Below are positions 19,677 to 28,468 of a stretch of DNA of 64,000 bases, in pieces. The stretch's first letter is position 1. Each line of letters begins with the position of its first letter. Source of the stretch: Candidatus Latescibacterota bacterium. GTDB taxonomy: Bacteria; Latescibacterota; UBA2968; UBA8231. A model generated the notes under the pieces. The model did not search any database, was not told the DNA's origin, and worked only from the letters and a program-made list of their open reading frames with translations. The stretch is taken from positions 4,832,001 to 4,896,000 of the forward strand of contig OZ241362.1 of NCBI GenBank assembly GCA_965200315.1, read 5' to 3'. The position numbers and the translations under genes were made by a program.

Positions 19677-20915
19677 TTAGGGGGCAGTGGTTGACTGGTT
19701 TTGCTCCGTGTAGAAATCGATCTGTTGCTGGGCAATGGAGCCTTGCTGAGTCAGGGCGAACACCACCAGATTGACGCCCATTTGTAGCTGTGGCTCGTTG
19801 CGGAATTCCTTTTCCCAGGCGCGTCCATATTCCTTGGTGGTGAAGATCGCCACCAGCCGCTCGCCCAGAAAAATGCCTTCGAGAAAGGGCACTTCGGGAT
19901 GAAAGTCGCGGCTGTACACAAGCCTTTCCTGAGTCCGCTTTGGCGGCGGCCCATCGTCGAAGTCGTAAAAGCTGTGGTATATGGGGTGATCGTTGGGGAT
20001 GACCTTGAAGCGCGCATCCCTCCCCAGCGAAGCCTTGAGCATTTCCCGTAGCGAGGCTTCGGCCGGGGTGTATTCGGTGGCGGCATCCCGGCCCAACTCG
20101 CTCATGGCCTCGACCATGACAAAGCCGCCCTGCCGCAAATAGTCGCCGAGATTGGCGATCTCTTGCTGGGTGGGTTCAAAGGCTTGATCGACGGAGATGT
20201 ACACGAAGGGTGCCCGGAAGATAGCGCGCGAATCGAGGAAGAGATGGTCGTCCACTTCGGCGCGAATCTGGGTAAATCCATTAATCGCTTCGACCAGCTC
20301 GAAGATGGCCCGCTGGGTTGACGGTTTGAAGTCGTTGCCCCAGGCGAGGGCTAGGTAAACGAAGCCGGTGATGTTCTGTTTGTCGGTCGGATCTTGGACC
20401 ACCAACCCCTTATAACGGCCGATATCCAGCGCTTCCAAGTCGAGGAATTCTTCCTGCATACTGATGCGCTTCTCCGGCTCTTTGGGGCTTTTGATGGCGA
20501 CGCGCTGCACTTCGGGCTGGACCACTTCTAAGCCTAGATCCGCGCCGCTTGCAACGCCGAAGCGAAAGGTCTTGATCTTGCCGACTAGGTCGGGGAGACG
20601 AATCTGGGGTTTGCGGGTGATTTGCGGTTTGGCCGCCCGCACCTGACGGGTCATCTGCCGTTGGGGGATTTGCTGCTTCTCAAACTCAAAGGCTTTGGTC
20701 AGGCGCGGCTTGCGTACCACTAGGTGCATCAGCGGGGGTTTGGGCGCTTTTTTTTCTTCTTCCCTAGTAGCTAGGTAGATTGCGGGTATGGCCAACAGAA
20801 CGATAGCCACTGCCAGCGCCCGGTAGAGCACTCCGCGCTGTCGGCGCAGTAGTTCCTCCAAGCAGAGCGCGTCCGTTGGCGTGGCGAAGCGTTTGGCATC
20901 GATTCGAGCGGCCAT
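19677..20915 (-). CDS. Membrane-anchored DUF4159-like protein
   Basis: One N-terminal TM helix and a Pro/Lys-rich stalk. C-terminal APFVYIS...EIANLGDYLRQGGF...IPNDHPIYHSFYDF...LEGIFLGERLVAI...MGVNLVVFALTQ. Start placed at the ATG just after the TPR stop. Confidence 0.75.
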   Translation of the reverse strand: MAARIDAKRFATPTDALCLEELLRRQRGVLYRALAVAIVLLAIPAIYLATREEEKKAPKPPLMHLVVRKPRLTKAFEFEKQQIPQRQMTRQVRAAKPQITRKPQIRLPDLVGKIKTFRFGVASGADLGLEVVQPEVQRVAIKSPKEPEKRISMQEEFLDLEALDIGRYKGLVVQDPTDKQNITGFVYLALAWGNDFKPSTQRAIFELVEAINGFTQIRAEVDDHLFLDSRAIFRAPFVYISVDQAFEPTQQEIANLGDYLRQGGFVMVEAMSELGRDAATEYTPAEASLREMLKASLGRDARFKVIPNDHPIYHSFYDFDDGPPPKRTQERLVYSRDFHPEVPFLEGIFLGERLVAIFTTKEYGRAWEKEFRNEPQLQMGVNLVVFALTQQGSIAQQQIDFYTEQNQSTTAP

Positions 20916-20922
20916 GGCATCC

Positions 20923-23900
20923 CTATAAGCGGTTGGTTTCGATCCACTCTTTGTGCATGCGGGCAAAGCGATAGGCCTCGGCCTGCTCGTCGGCTAGGCG
21001 CTCGAGGACCTGATCGTAAACCTGCACCGCATCCTTCCACTGCCCCAAAGACTCGTAGCAGACCCCCATGTTGCTCAGCGCACCGATCTCGCTTTCGGTG
21101 CCGGGATAGTCGCGCGCAACTTCCGCAAAGCCGGCGGCCGCCCGGCGGAACTGGGCCGGGTCTTGCTCCTCAAGGGCTTGGGCAAAGATCGCCTCTACTT
21201 CGGCGTAGCGCAGGTAGGCCACCACTTCGAGCAGGTCGTCTATTAATTCGGGAACCTTTTGCGCTACCGAACTGCTCGGAAAGCGGCGGATGACTTCTCG
21301 GTAGGCCTGCAGGGCTTTGTCGTATTCCTTCTCGTTGTAGTAAAAGTCGCCGATGGTGAACTGGGCATTGGCCGCTAGAGTGCTGCTTGGGTAGTCGGAA
21401 ACCACGCTTTGGAAGGCGGCGATGGCTTGGGACGTCCGTTCCATATTGAGATGGGACCAGGCCAGATTGTAGAGCGCATCGTCGGCGAGGTCTGAGCGCG
21501 GGTGCATTTTGAGCAATTGCTGGTAGTGCTCTTGCGCCCTGTCGAATTGGCCCAAGTTGTAATGGGCCTCCCCGGCCCGGAACAGTGCGTCGGGTACCAG
21601 CTCGCTTTGGGGATACGTGCTGGCTAGATCGGCAAAGGCGACAGCGGCTTGCTCAAACTGAGTCCGGTTGAAATGGGCGTATCCCAGATAGTAGAGGGCA
21701 TAGGGGCGGTTGCGATGACCGGGCGTCTTCTGCAAATAGGTTTCGAGCACTCGCACGGTTCCCGCGAGGTCGTCCTGCTCGAATAGGGCCTGCCCCAGAG
21801 CAAAGCGCATATCGGCCGAATAATAGGAGTCTGGGTAGTGGGACAGTGCCTTTTGGTAGGTGTTGATTAGCGCTTGGGCATCGCCCCGTGAGCCGTGGGC
21901 GTCGCCCATTAGGAAGTACGCTTTCTCTTGGAAGAAATAGGGTTGCTCACCGCGCACAGCGGGCAAGTCCAAGGAGAGAATCCGCTGACATACGGCCTCG
22001 ACCTGAGCGAATTCCTCCAAGTTGTAGTGAAGTTCGGCTAGCACCACTAGGTGTTCGGCGCACTCGACGGAATCAGTTGCCGCCGCTACTAGGGCCCGGT
22101 AGTCCTCGATGGCTTCTTCCTGATGACCTAATTCGAGATGGGCCAGACCAAGCATGCGCTGGGCCGCCCTTGCCAACTCCTCGTTGTCGCTGTGCAGCAA
22201 CATCTTCAGGTCGGCTGTCGCCTCTTGGTAGCGTTTTAGTTTGAGCAGGCTTACGCCGCGACCGTAGAGGGCCCCTAAGCGCACCTCCTCGGCGTCGGCC
22301 ATTTCGATGGTGTGTCCCAGTGCCTCCACCGCGGCGACAAATGCCTCCGTTTCGATCAGGGTGCGCCCTTTCATGTAGTGAAGACGGGCCTGTTCGTTTT
22401 TAGCGGTACTGGCCTCCAAGCCCGCCTCCAGTGCCGCTAGGGCCCCCGAGAAATCACCCGCCGCAGCCAGCAGGTTGCTCGCTTCGAGCATGGCCTTGGG
22501 AAACAAGTTTGAAGTGCGATCAAGCTGTCGGAAAAACTCCACGGCCTTGCCGGGCTGGCCCAAATCTCGGTAGCACAGAGCGAGTTCAAAATAGGCCCCG
22601 TGGCGCTGCGGGTCCTCGGAGTATTTTTGCAGGATGGACTCGTAAGCGGCGATGGCCTGCTTGAAGGCTTCTTGTTGGTAGTAGATGCGGCCTAGTTGGA
22701 AAAGTGCGCTGCGCACGTAGGCTGGGTCTTGGTCGGCGGCGACGATCTCTTGGTAGCGTTTTAGGGCCCGGGCCGTGTGCTCGGCACTGCCCAACTCGGC
22801 ACTGCCCAAGGCACCGAGCATCTGGTTGCACAAGGCGATATTAAACGGGGTAGCCGCTAGGACTAGTTCGCTACTGGGGTAGTCGGCGGCAATGCGTTCG
22901 TACGCGGCGATGGCCTGTGCATAGGCCAAGCGGGCCTCGTCGTCCTCCGCGGCTTCGCTCTGGAGTTCGGCCCGCTCGTAATGGGCCCGCCCAATTTTGT
23001 AAAGGACCCAAGGCGGTGCCAGACCAGCGGCTTTGGCCACGTCCCCATACGCCTCTAGGTAGAGTTGGTATTCGGCGATGGCGCGCTGATAGTCGCCAAT
23101 GCCGTAGTAGTGTTCGGCCAGCAGGGATTGCATGCTGGCCTGAAACATGCGGTTGCGGCTACCGTCGATGGCCTCTCGGTAGGTGCGCACTGCCGCTTGG
23201 TCGTCGCCACCTTGGGTGTACATATCGGCTAGGCGGATGTAGGCTTCGGCCACCAGTTTTTGTTCCTGGGCGAAGGCGGTTATAACCTTGCTATAGGCGG
23301 TAGCGGCACCGGCAAAATCCCCGCTTTGGGCGCGACAATCGCCTACTTTGATCTGGGCTTTGGCCGCCAATTCTAGCGCAGTCTCGTCCACCAAGCCGGC
23401 TATTTTCTCGCGCCGCATCTTCAGCAGGTCGCGCTCGCTGAGGTGGTCGATGTCTTGGCGGGTTACTACCTCTTGGTACCAAGAAGTGGCCTGAGCATAG
23501 TGCTGCTGTAGAAAGTAGGCTTCGCCGATTTGGAAAAGTGCCCGATCTGCGCGGTATCCTTTGGGAGAGTGCCGCACTAATTCCTCAAAGGTGGTGATGC
23601 TTTCTTGGTACTGCCCCAACTTAAAATGGGCCCAGCCGATGTTGTAGAGGGCGTTGTCGAGGTATTGGCTGTCGGGATATTTCTGCCGAAAAGCTCGGCC
23701 TTCTTCTATGGTGCGCTGGTACTCGCCGCTTTCATAGAGGCAGTTGACTAGCCGGTTGCGGGCCAGTTCCCGCATCTGTGGGGAGGTAGTCTGGGCTTCG
23801 GTCTTGAGGAAGTAGGCGGCCGCTTCTGCGAAGTCGGTCGCTGTTCGTTCGGCGAGTTGGCGTTGGCGTTCGGGGTCGCGCTCCCGGGTGGCGCGCCGCT

Positions 23901-24186
23901 GGGATTCTTGGGCGCGCTTGAAGTAGCTATTACCCGTTTGGTAGGGGGCGATTTCTTTGATTGGGGCCGTAACCTCGCCGACCGCGACCTCAATCTCCGC
24001 CGTGTAGAGCAGCGGGCTTTCAATGGCATTGATGCGCTCGTAGGTTGCGATGGCTTGCTCGTAGTCCTCGGCGGCGTAGAATTTCTGCGCCTGCTTGAAA
24101 GAAGCTCGTATTTCGTCCGGGGTCGGTACGAAGTAGGAGCCTACTACTAGCCCCAACAGAGTACCTACAATAAGCAGAGGTGTCAT
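20923..24186 (-). CDS. Large membrane-anchored TPR protein (BamD/CpoB-like repeats)
   Basis: N-terminal hydrophobic anchor followed by many TPRs of the form A...Y...YPxS...A. Confidence 0.85.
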   Translation of the reverse strand: MTPLLIVGTLLGLVVGSYFVPTPDEIRASFKQAQKFYAAEDYEQAIATYERINAIESPLLYTAEIEVAVGEVTAPIKEIAPYQTGNSYFKRAQESQRRATRERDPERQRQLAERTATDFAEAAAYFLKTEAQTTSPQMRELARNRLVNCLYESGEYQRTIEEGRAFRQKYPDSQYLDNALYNIGWAHFKLGQYQESITTFEELVRHSPKGYRADRALFQIGEAYFLQQHYAQATSWYQEVVTRQDIDHLSERDLLKMRREKIAGLVDETALELAAKAQIKVGDCRAQSGDFAGAATAYSKVITAFAQEQKLVAEAYIRLADMYTQGGDDQAAVRTYREAIDGSRNRMFQASMQSLLAEHYYGIGDYQRAIAEYQLYLEAYGDVAKAAGLAPPWVLYKIGRAHYERAELQSEAAEDDEARLAYAQAIAAYERIAADYPSSELVLAATPFNIALCNQMLGALGSAELGSAEHTARALKRYQEIVAADQDPAYVRSALFQLGRIYYQQEAFKQAIAAYESILQKYSEDPQRHGAYFELALCYRDLGQPGKAVEFFRQLDRTSNLFPKAMLEASNLLAAAGDFSGALAALEAGLEASTAKNEQARLHYMKGRTLIETEAFVAAVEALGHTIEMADAEEVRLGALYGRGVSLLKLKRYQEATADLKMLLHSDNEELARAAQRMLGLAHLELGHQEEAIEDYRALVAAATDSVECAEHLVVLAELHYNLEEFAQVEAVCQRILSLDLPAVRGEQPYFFQEKAYFLMGDAHGSRGDAQALINTYQKALSHYPDSYYSADMRFALGQALFEQDDLAGTVRVLETYLQKTPGHRNRPYALYYLGYAHFNRTQFEQAAVAFADLASTYPQSELVPDALFRAGEAHYNLGQFDRAQEHYQQLLKMHPRSDLADDALYNLAWSHLNMERTSQAIAAFQSVVSDYPSSTLAANAQFTIGDFYYNEKEYDKALQAYREVIRRFPSSSVAQKVPELIDDLLEVVAYLRYAEVEAIFAQALEEQDPAQFRRAAAGFAEVARDYPGTESEIGALSNMGVCYESLGQWKDAVQVYDQVLERLADEQAEAYRFARMHKEWIETNRL
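22780..22809. repeat. 15-bp tandem duplication inside the TPR gene
   Basis: CTCGGCACTGCCCAA x2, in frame (LGSAE-LGSAE). Confidence 0.85.
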
Positions 24187-24426
24187 AGTACCTATCAACG
24201 AGAAAGAGCACGCCGGCACACCAAATTTTGCAGATCAGTCCAAACGGTAAGAAAAGGCAAATGCGGTTGCAAGTATTTCTCCATGCGGTTTGAGAACGGG
24301 CTTTTTACGCTAGCATATAGAGGAAAGGGGCAGATGCTTTTTTGGCATGTTGCTAGCGGTAAAGGCGGTAAAGTATATTATCGGCCCGGCGCGCCCCATT
24401 CGAGTCCAACGAGCCGCACAAACCCC

Positions 24427-25170
24427 ATGCGCTATTTCATCGCCACTCTCTGCCTAGTCCTGACCGCATCCTCCGCTCCCGCCGAGGATGCCCTGCCGCA
24501 CCACACCATCCTCCGCGCCGGGCCTATTGCCGTGGACGGCCACCTCGACGAGCCTTCTTGGGAGGCCGCCCAAGTCATCGACCAGTTCGTCTTCCCTTGG
24601 TGGACTGAAGGGGCCAAGGATCGCACCGAAGCCCGCTTGCTGTGGGACGATGTGCATCTGTACGTCGCCTTCACTGCGTACGATCCGCACATTTCGGCGA
24701 CTCTGACCGAGCGCGACAGTCCGGTGTCGCGCGACGACTGCGTCGAGGTGTTCATCGCTCCAGATACCAGCCAAGTCACCAACTATTTCAATTTTGAATT
24801 CAATGCCTTGGGCACGATTCTGGACCGCTCGCCAGATGCCGATCGTTCGTCGGCATGGAACGGTGAGGGCGTACAGGTAGCCATCGACATCCAAGGTACA
24901 CTCAACCAAGAGGCGGATCAGGACACGCTCTGGACCACTGAAATCGCCCTTCCCTTTGCCGTTTTCGCTCCATACGCTCCGCACGTACCTCCGCTCGCCG
25001 GCGCTGTGTGGCGTCTCAACCTGTACCGCACGGGCGGCGCGGTCAATCTGCAGTACATCACTTGGTCTAATACCCTGACTCCCAAGCCGCAATTCCACGT
25101 GCCCGAGTGCTTTGGAGTGGTGCATTTCGACAGCCGGCCGGTATTGAGCCTACAAGACGAAGCCGAGTAG
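24427..25170 (+). CDS. Secreted CBM9-like (carbohydrate-binding family 9) protein
   Basis: Signal peptide MRYFIATLCL. IAVDGHLDEPSW, TEARLLWDD, DDCVEVF, WTTEIALPF, WRLNLYR and FHVPE.FG. Confidence 0.8.
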   Translation: MRYFIATLCLVLTASSAPAEDALPHHTILRAGPIAVDGHLDEPSWEAAQVIDQFVFPWWTEGAKDRTEARLLWDDVHLYVAFTAYDPHISATLTERDSPVSRDDCVEVFIAPDTSQVTNYFNFEFNALGTILDRSPDADRSSAWNGEGVQVAIDIQGTLNQEADQDTLWTTEIALPFAVFAPYAPHVPPLAGAVWRLNLYRTGGAVNLQYITWSNTLTPKPQFHVPECFGVVHFDSRPVLSLQDEAE

Positions 25171-25218
25171 GAAGACGTCGCAGCAGATGGGCGTGCTGCT
25201 CGCCGGACGGCTGTCAAA

Positions 25219-26949
25219 GTGATCTATCGCATCGTACTGCTCGCGTTGTTCGCGTCCTGCGAATCCGCCCAAGAAGCGCCGCTCGTCCCCTACGAGAGCC
25301 CGCATGGACTGGTGGTACTGAAGGCGGCGCGGATCGATTTTGCGGAAGATGGCGAAGAGGCGGTTGCAGCGCAGGCGCATTTTGCTGCGGGCGGAGAGCA
25401 TCTCGACGAGGGACGTTGCGATGCGGCGGCGGCGAGCTATTTGCAGGCTGCGGCGCGGCGGCCGTCGCCAGCGGTCTGGCTCAATGCGGGAGTCGCGTTG
25501 CTGTGCGATGGGGAGTATGAAAAGGCCGGGGAAGTGCTGGCAAAGGGACTGGAGCTTGCGGCGACACGAGAAGAGGTCCAAGCCGCTTTGCTGGGCAATC
25601 TGGGCCAAGCTCATCAGCACCTAGGGAGCATCGGCTCGGCATTGGTGCTCTACCAAGGCGCGGTGGCGCTGCACCGGCAGAGCGGCTTTGCCGCTGGCGA
25701 GGCCCAAGCGCTGGGCGATTTGGGTGCGGCTTATTTCATGCAGGGCGATTTAGGGCCAGCGTTAGAATTCCTAAAGCAGGCCCGGGACGGGCATCGGCAG
25801 ATCGGCGACCGCCTCGGGCAGGCGCGAGACCTCGACCGCCTCGGCACTGTTTACTTCGTCCGGGGTGCGGCGGATTCGGCATTGGCGACCTTCACAGAGG
25901 CGCTCGCGTTCTACCGGGACGAGGGGTATCTGCATGGCCAAGCCGGTGGCCTGACGAATATCGGCAACATCCATCTAGATGAAGGGCGGCTCGATTCGGC
26001 GCATCTTTATTTTTCCTCAGGACTGGCCATCCTTGAGCGCCTAGCTGACGACGCGGCCCGCGCAGTCCAGCTAGCGAGGATTGGACAAATCTACCAGCAG
26101 CAGGACGATCTAGAGGCCGCGTTGGTCGCCTACCGAGAGGCGCTTGCTATACATCAGGCGCGAGAAAAGGTGGATAGCCAAGCCGAGATGCGCGACCGCA
26201 TGGCGTGCATTTTTTTTCAGCAGGGCCGTTTGGATTCGGCGCTGGCTGCCTATCAGTCGGCGCTCGCGCTCTATCGGCGCTACGATAGCCACCCCGGCGA
26301 GCGGGCGCAGGCATTGGACCACATTGGCGATGTGCATCTGTATCAGGGCCGTTTGGATTCGGCGCTTTCTGCCTTTGAAGCGGCGCTGGAGATTTACGTT
26401 GCCCACGGCCATCCGCGCGGCAGAGCGGTCCAGTCGAGCAAGATCGGTCAAGTGCTGCAAAAGCAGGGCCGGCGCGACGAGGCGATAGAAGCCCATCGCG
26501 CGGCACTATCGCTGTACCGCGAATTCGATCTCTACGCCGAGGGAGCTACCCAGCTCGACTACATCGGCCACGTCTATTTCCGCCAAGGCAAAATCGACGC
26601 AGCGCTCGCCTCCTTTGAGAGTGCTCTGCACGTCTTCACGCAAGCGGGCGACCGCCAAGGCGAGGCCGCGCAACTGAGCAACATCGGCAACATCTACTTT
26701 GAGCAGGGCCGCTTGAACGAGGCGCTCAAGGCATTTGGCGACGCCCGGCACGTTTTTCAGTTGATCGGACACCGACAAGGGACAGCGCAGAGCTTGGGCA
26801 ATATCGGATTGGTGTATCGCAAAAAAGGCGAGCAGGCACGGGCACTGGAGGTGCTGCAACAGGCGTGCGCTGCGTATGCCGAGATTGGGGTGCGGAGCGA
26901 GGGGTGGCAGACGGTGGAAGCGGCGATTTCGGCAATCGCTGGGCGTTAG
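25219..26949 (+). CDS. TPR-repeat lipoprotein
   Basis: Lipobox LFAS-C. About 40-aa repeats (IG.I...QG.LDSAL..Y..AL). Confidence 0.8.
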   Translation: MIYRIVLLALFASCESAQEAPLVPYESPHGLVVLKAARIDFAEDGEEAVAAQAHFAAGGEHLDEGRCDAAAASYLQAAARRPSPAVWLNAGVALLCDGEYEKAGEVLAKGLELAATREEVQAALLGNLGQAHQHLGSIGSALVLYQGAVALHRQSGFAAGEAQALGDLGAAYFMQGDLGPALEFLKQARDGHRQIGDRLGQARDLDRLGTVYFVRGAADSALATFTEALAFYRDEGYLHGQAGGLTNIGNIHLDEGRLDSAHLYFSSGLAILERLADDAARAVQLARIGQIYQQQDDLEAALVAYREALAIHQAREKVDSQAEMRDRMACIFFQQGRLDSALAAYQSALALYRRYDSHPGERAQALDHIGDVHLYQGRLDSALSAFEAALEIYVAHGHPRGRAVQSSKIGQVLQKQGRRDEAIEAHRAALSLYREFDLYAEGATQLDYIGHVYFRQGKIDAALASFESALHVFTQAGDRQGEAAQLSNIGNIYFEQGRLNEALKAFGDARHVFQLIGHRQGTAQSLGNIGLVYRKKGEQARALEVLQQACAAYAEIGVRSEGWQTVEAAISAIAGR

Positions 26950-26952
26950 GAA

Positions 26953-27274
26953 CTAATGGGCCGAGGAAGAAAGGGAGAGGCGGTTGAGGTAGATCGGGAT
27001 GGGCGCGGCGTCCCCTTCGCGAATGCGGACGATCTGGTCCATGGCGAGGTTGTGGAAACTGTTTGCGATTGTGATTTTGTGCTTTGGCTAGCTGCTCTCG
27101 CAAGTAGGCAGCGCTGGCGGCGTTCATGTTCAGGGTGTTGATATGGGTCGGGACTTGGGAGCGGACTTCGCTGGCGAGTTGCCTCAGGCGAGCGGCCATG
27201 CGCTCAAAAGCGGATTGCCGGGCTTGGGAGGATGCTGGGCAGAGCGCGAGGAGGAGTAAGACGATCAATAGCAT
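26953..27274 (-). pseudogene. Internally deleted CRTAC1/ASPIC-like gene relic
   Basis: A signal peptide and ERMAARLRQLA N-terminus join out of frame, near 27060, to SFHNLAMDQIVRIREGDAAPIPI, which resembles an ASPIC/UnbV C-terminus. Confidence 0.5.
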
Positions 27275-27316
27275 GATTTTGAAGATGTCTAGGCCGCGAT
27301 ACTTTTCAAAAATACA

Positions 27317-27345
27317 TTGACAACATAAGGGCCATTTGTTATGAC
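27317..27345 (+). promoter_or_regulatory. Putative sigma70 promoter
   Basis: TTGACA-17 nt-TATGAC with an extended TG, upstream of 27449. Confidence 0.45.
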
Positions 27346-27448
27346 TAACAGCTTACTTTACTTAATGAATGCGATTCAAAGAGCGCCTCGAATATGGGCG
27401 CGAAAATTTTATCAAAGCAACCCCCATTTTAGGAGAAGGAGATAAGCG

Positions 27449-28393
27449 ATGAGGAAACTAGTGACGCTGAGTGTGGCCGTATCACTTTTGGGGCTGAGCT
27501 CGCCTTCTTTTGCGCATGTGCCCGAGGGGCTGATCTTGGGAGTCTGGCAGTGGCCTACGTCGCATCTGCCGGTGATGGATGGCGATATTTCCGAGTGGGA
27601 TGTAGTGCCCGACAATTTGTGGCTCACGCCGTTCAGCGAATTCAACGGCGAGCTCCTGCACGTGGTGGTGGCCGGCGAGGTTGGGGCCGAGGTCAATACT
27701 GCGGATCTAAACTTCCGCTGGACTTCGGGCTGGAACGACGAGCTGGACCGCCTCTATTTCGTCTATGACCGCTTCGACGATCTGTGGGATCGCGACGCCG
27801 GCGGCGTGGGGGGTGCTGGCGGCGACGACAGCTTTGAGATCAACCTCGACGCCAACCACGGCGGCGATGTCTCGTGGTTTGGCGCCGACGATTTCGACAC
27901 CGAGGAGGAAGTGTTGCGCAACCGGGGCCGCCTCAACCAGATGAGCCACTACCGCTGGCCGCCAATGGAGCCGATTGGCTGGAACTGGCTTTGGGCCTCG
28001 AGCGCCACTTGGCACGACGCCGAGCCCTATTCGTGCTGCGGTAATTCCTTCAATCTCAACGGCGCGCACGCCACTGAGGCGACCTTCCAAGCCGAGTGGT
28101 GGACCGTGGGCTGGGACGACTTCGACCACGCGTCGCCCGAAAACAGCGTCCAGCACGCCTTCAGCGAAAACGACATCATCGGTTTGGGCATCTCGATCAT
28201 CGACAACGATGTAGGCACCGACAACGAGACCGACCGCCGCTTTGCTGCTTGGCGCATGGGCGGTGCGCGCTGCGGCAACGGCGACGGCAAGTGCATCACC
28301 GACTTCATCTTGCTGCCGGCGCAGATGGAGCTTTTGCCGACCGCTGTCGAGAACGATAGCTGGGGCCACATCAAGGCTTCGTACATGCAGTAG
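27449..28393 (+). CDS. Secreted CBM9/DOMON-like protein with C-terminal TAVExxSWGxIK tail
   Basis: Signal peptide ending SFA-H. PVMDGDISEWD, GWNDELDRLYF, DSFEINLDANHGG and ENDIIGL. Tail TAVENDSWGHIKASY. Paralog of 53546-54442. Confidence 0.75.
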   Translation: MRKLVTLSVAVSLLGLSSPSFAHVPEGLILGVWQWPTSHLPVMDGDISEWDVVPDNLWLTPFSEFNGELLHVVVAGEVGAEVNTADLNFRWTSGWNDELDRLYFVYDRFDDLWDRDAGGVGGAGGDDSFEINLDANHGGDVSWFGADDFDTEEEVLRNRGRLNQMSHYRWPPMEPIGWNWLWASSATWHDAEPYSCCGNSFNLNGAHATEATFQAEWWTVGWDDFDHASPENSVQHAFSENDIIGLGISIIDNDVGTDNETDRRFAAWRMGGARCGNGDGKCITDFILLPAQMELLPTAVENDSWGHIKASYMQ

Positions 28394-28420
28394 CAGTCCT
28401 CGTAGTTTGCGGATTTGATA

Positions 28421-28459
28421 GGGAGGTGGATCAATGGCGATCCGCCTCCCTTATTTTTT
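28421..28459 (+). terminator. Intrinsic terminator / stem-loop
   Basis: GGGAGGTGGATC-AATGGC-GATCCGCCTCCC followed by TTATTTTTT. Confidence 0.7.
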
Positions 28460-28468
28460 AAAGGTGCT

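Noticed and set aside
24350-24380. GCGGTAAAG direct repeat between TTGCTA and TATATT in the divergent promoter region
   Set aside because: Plausible promoter or operator, but there are only two 9-bp copies, an 18-nt spacer and no regulator nearby.
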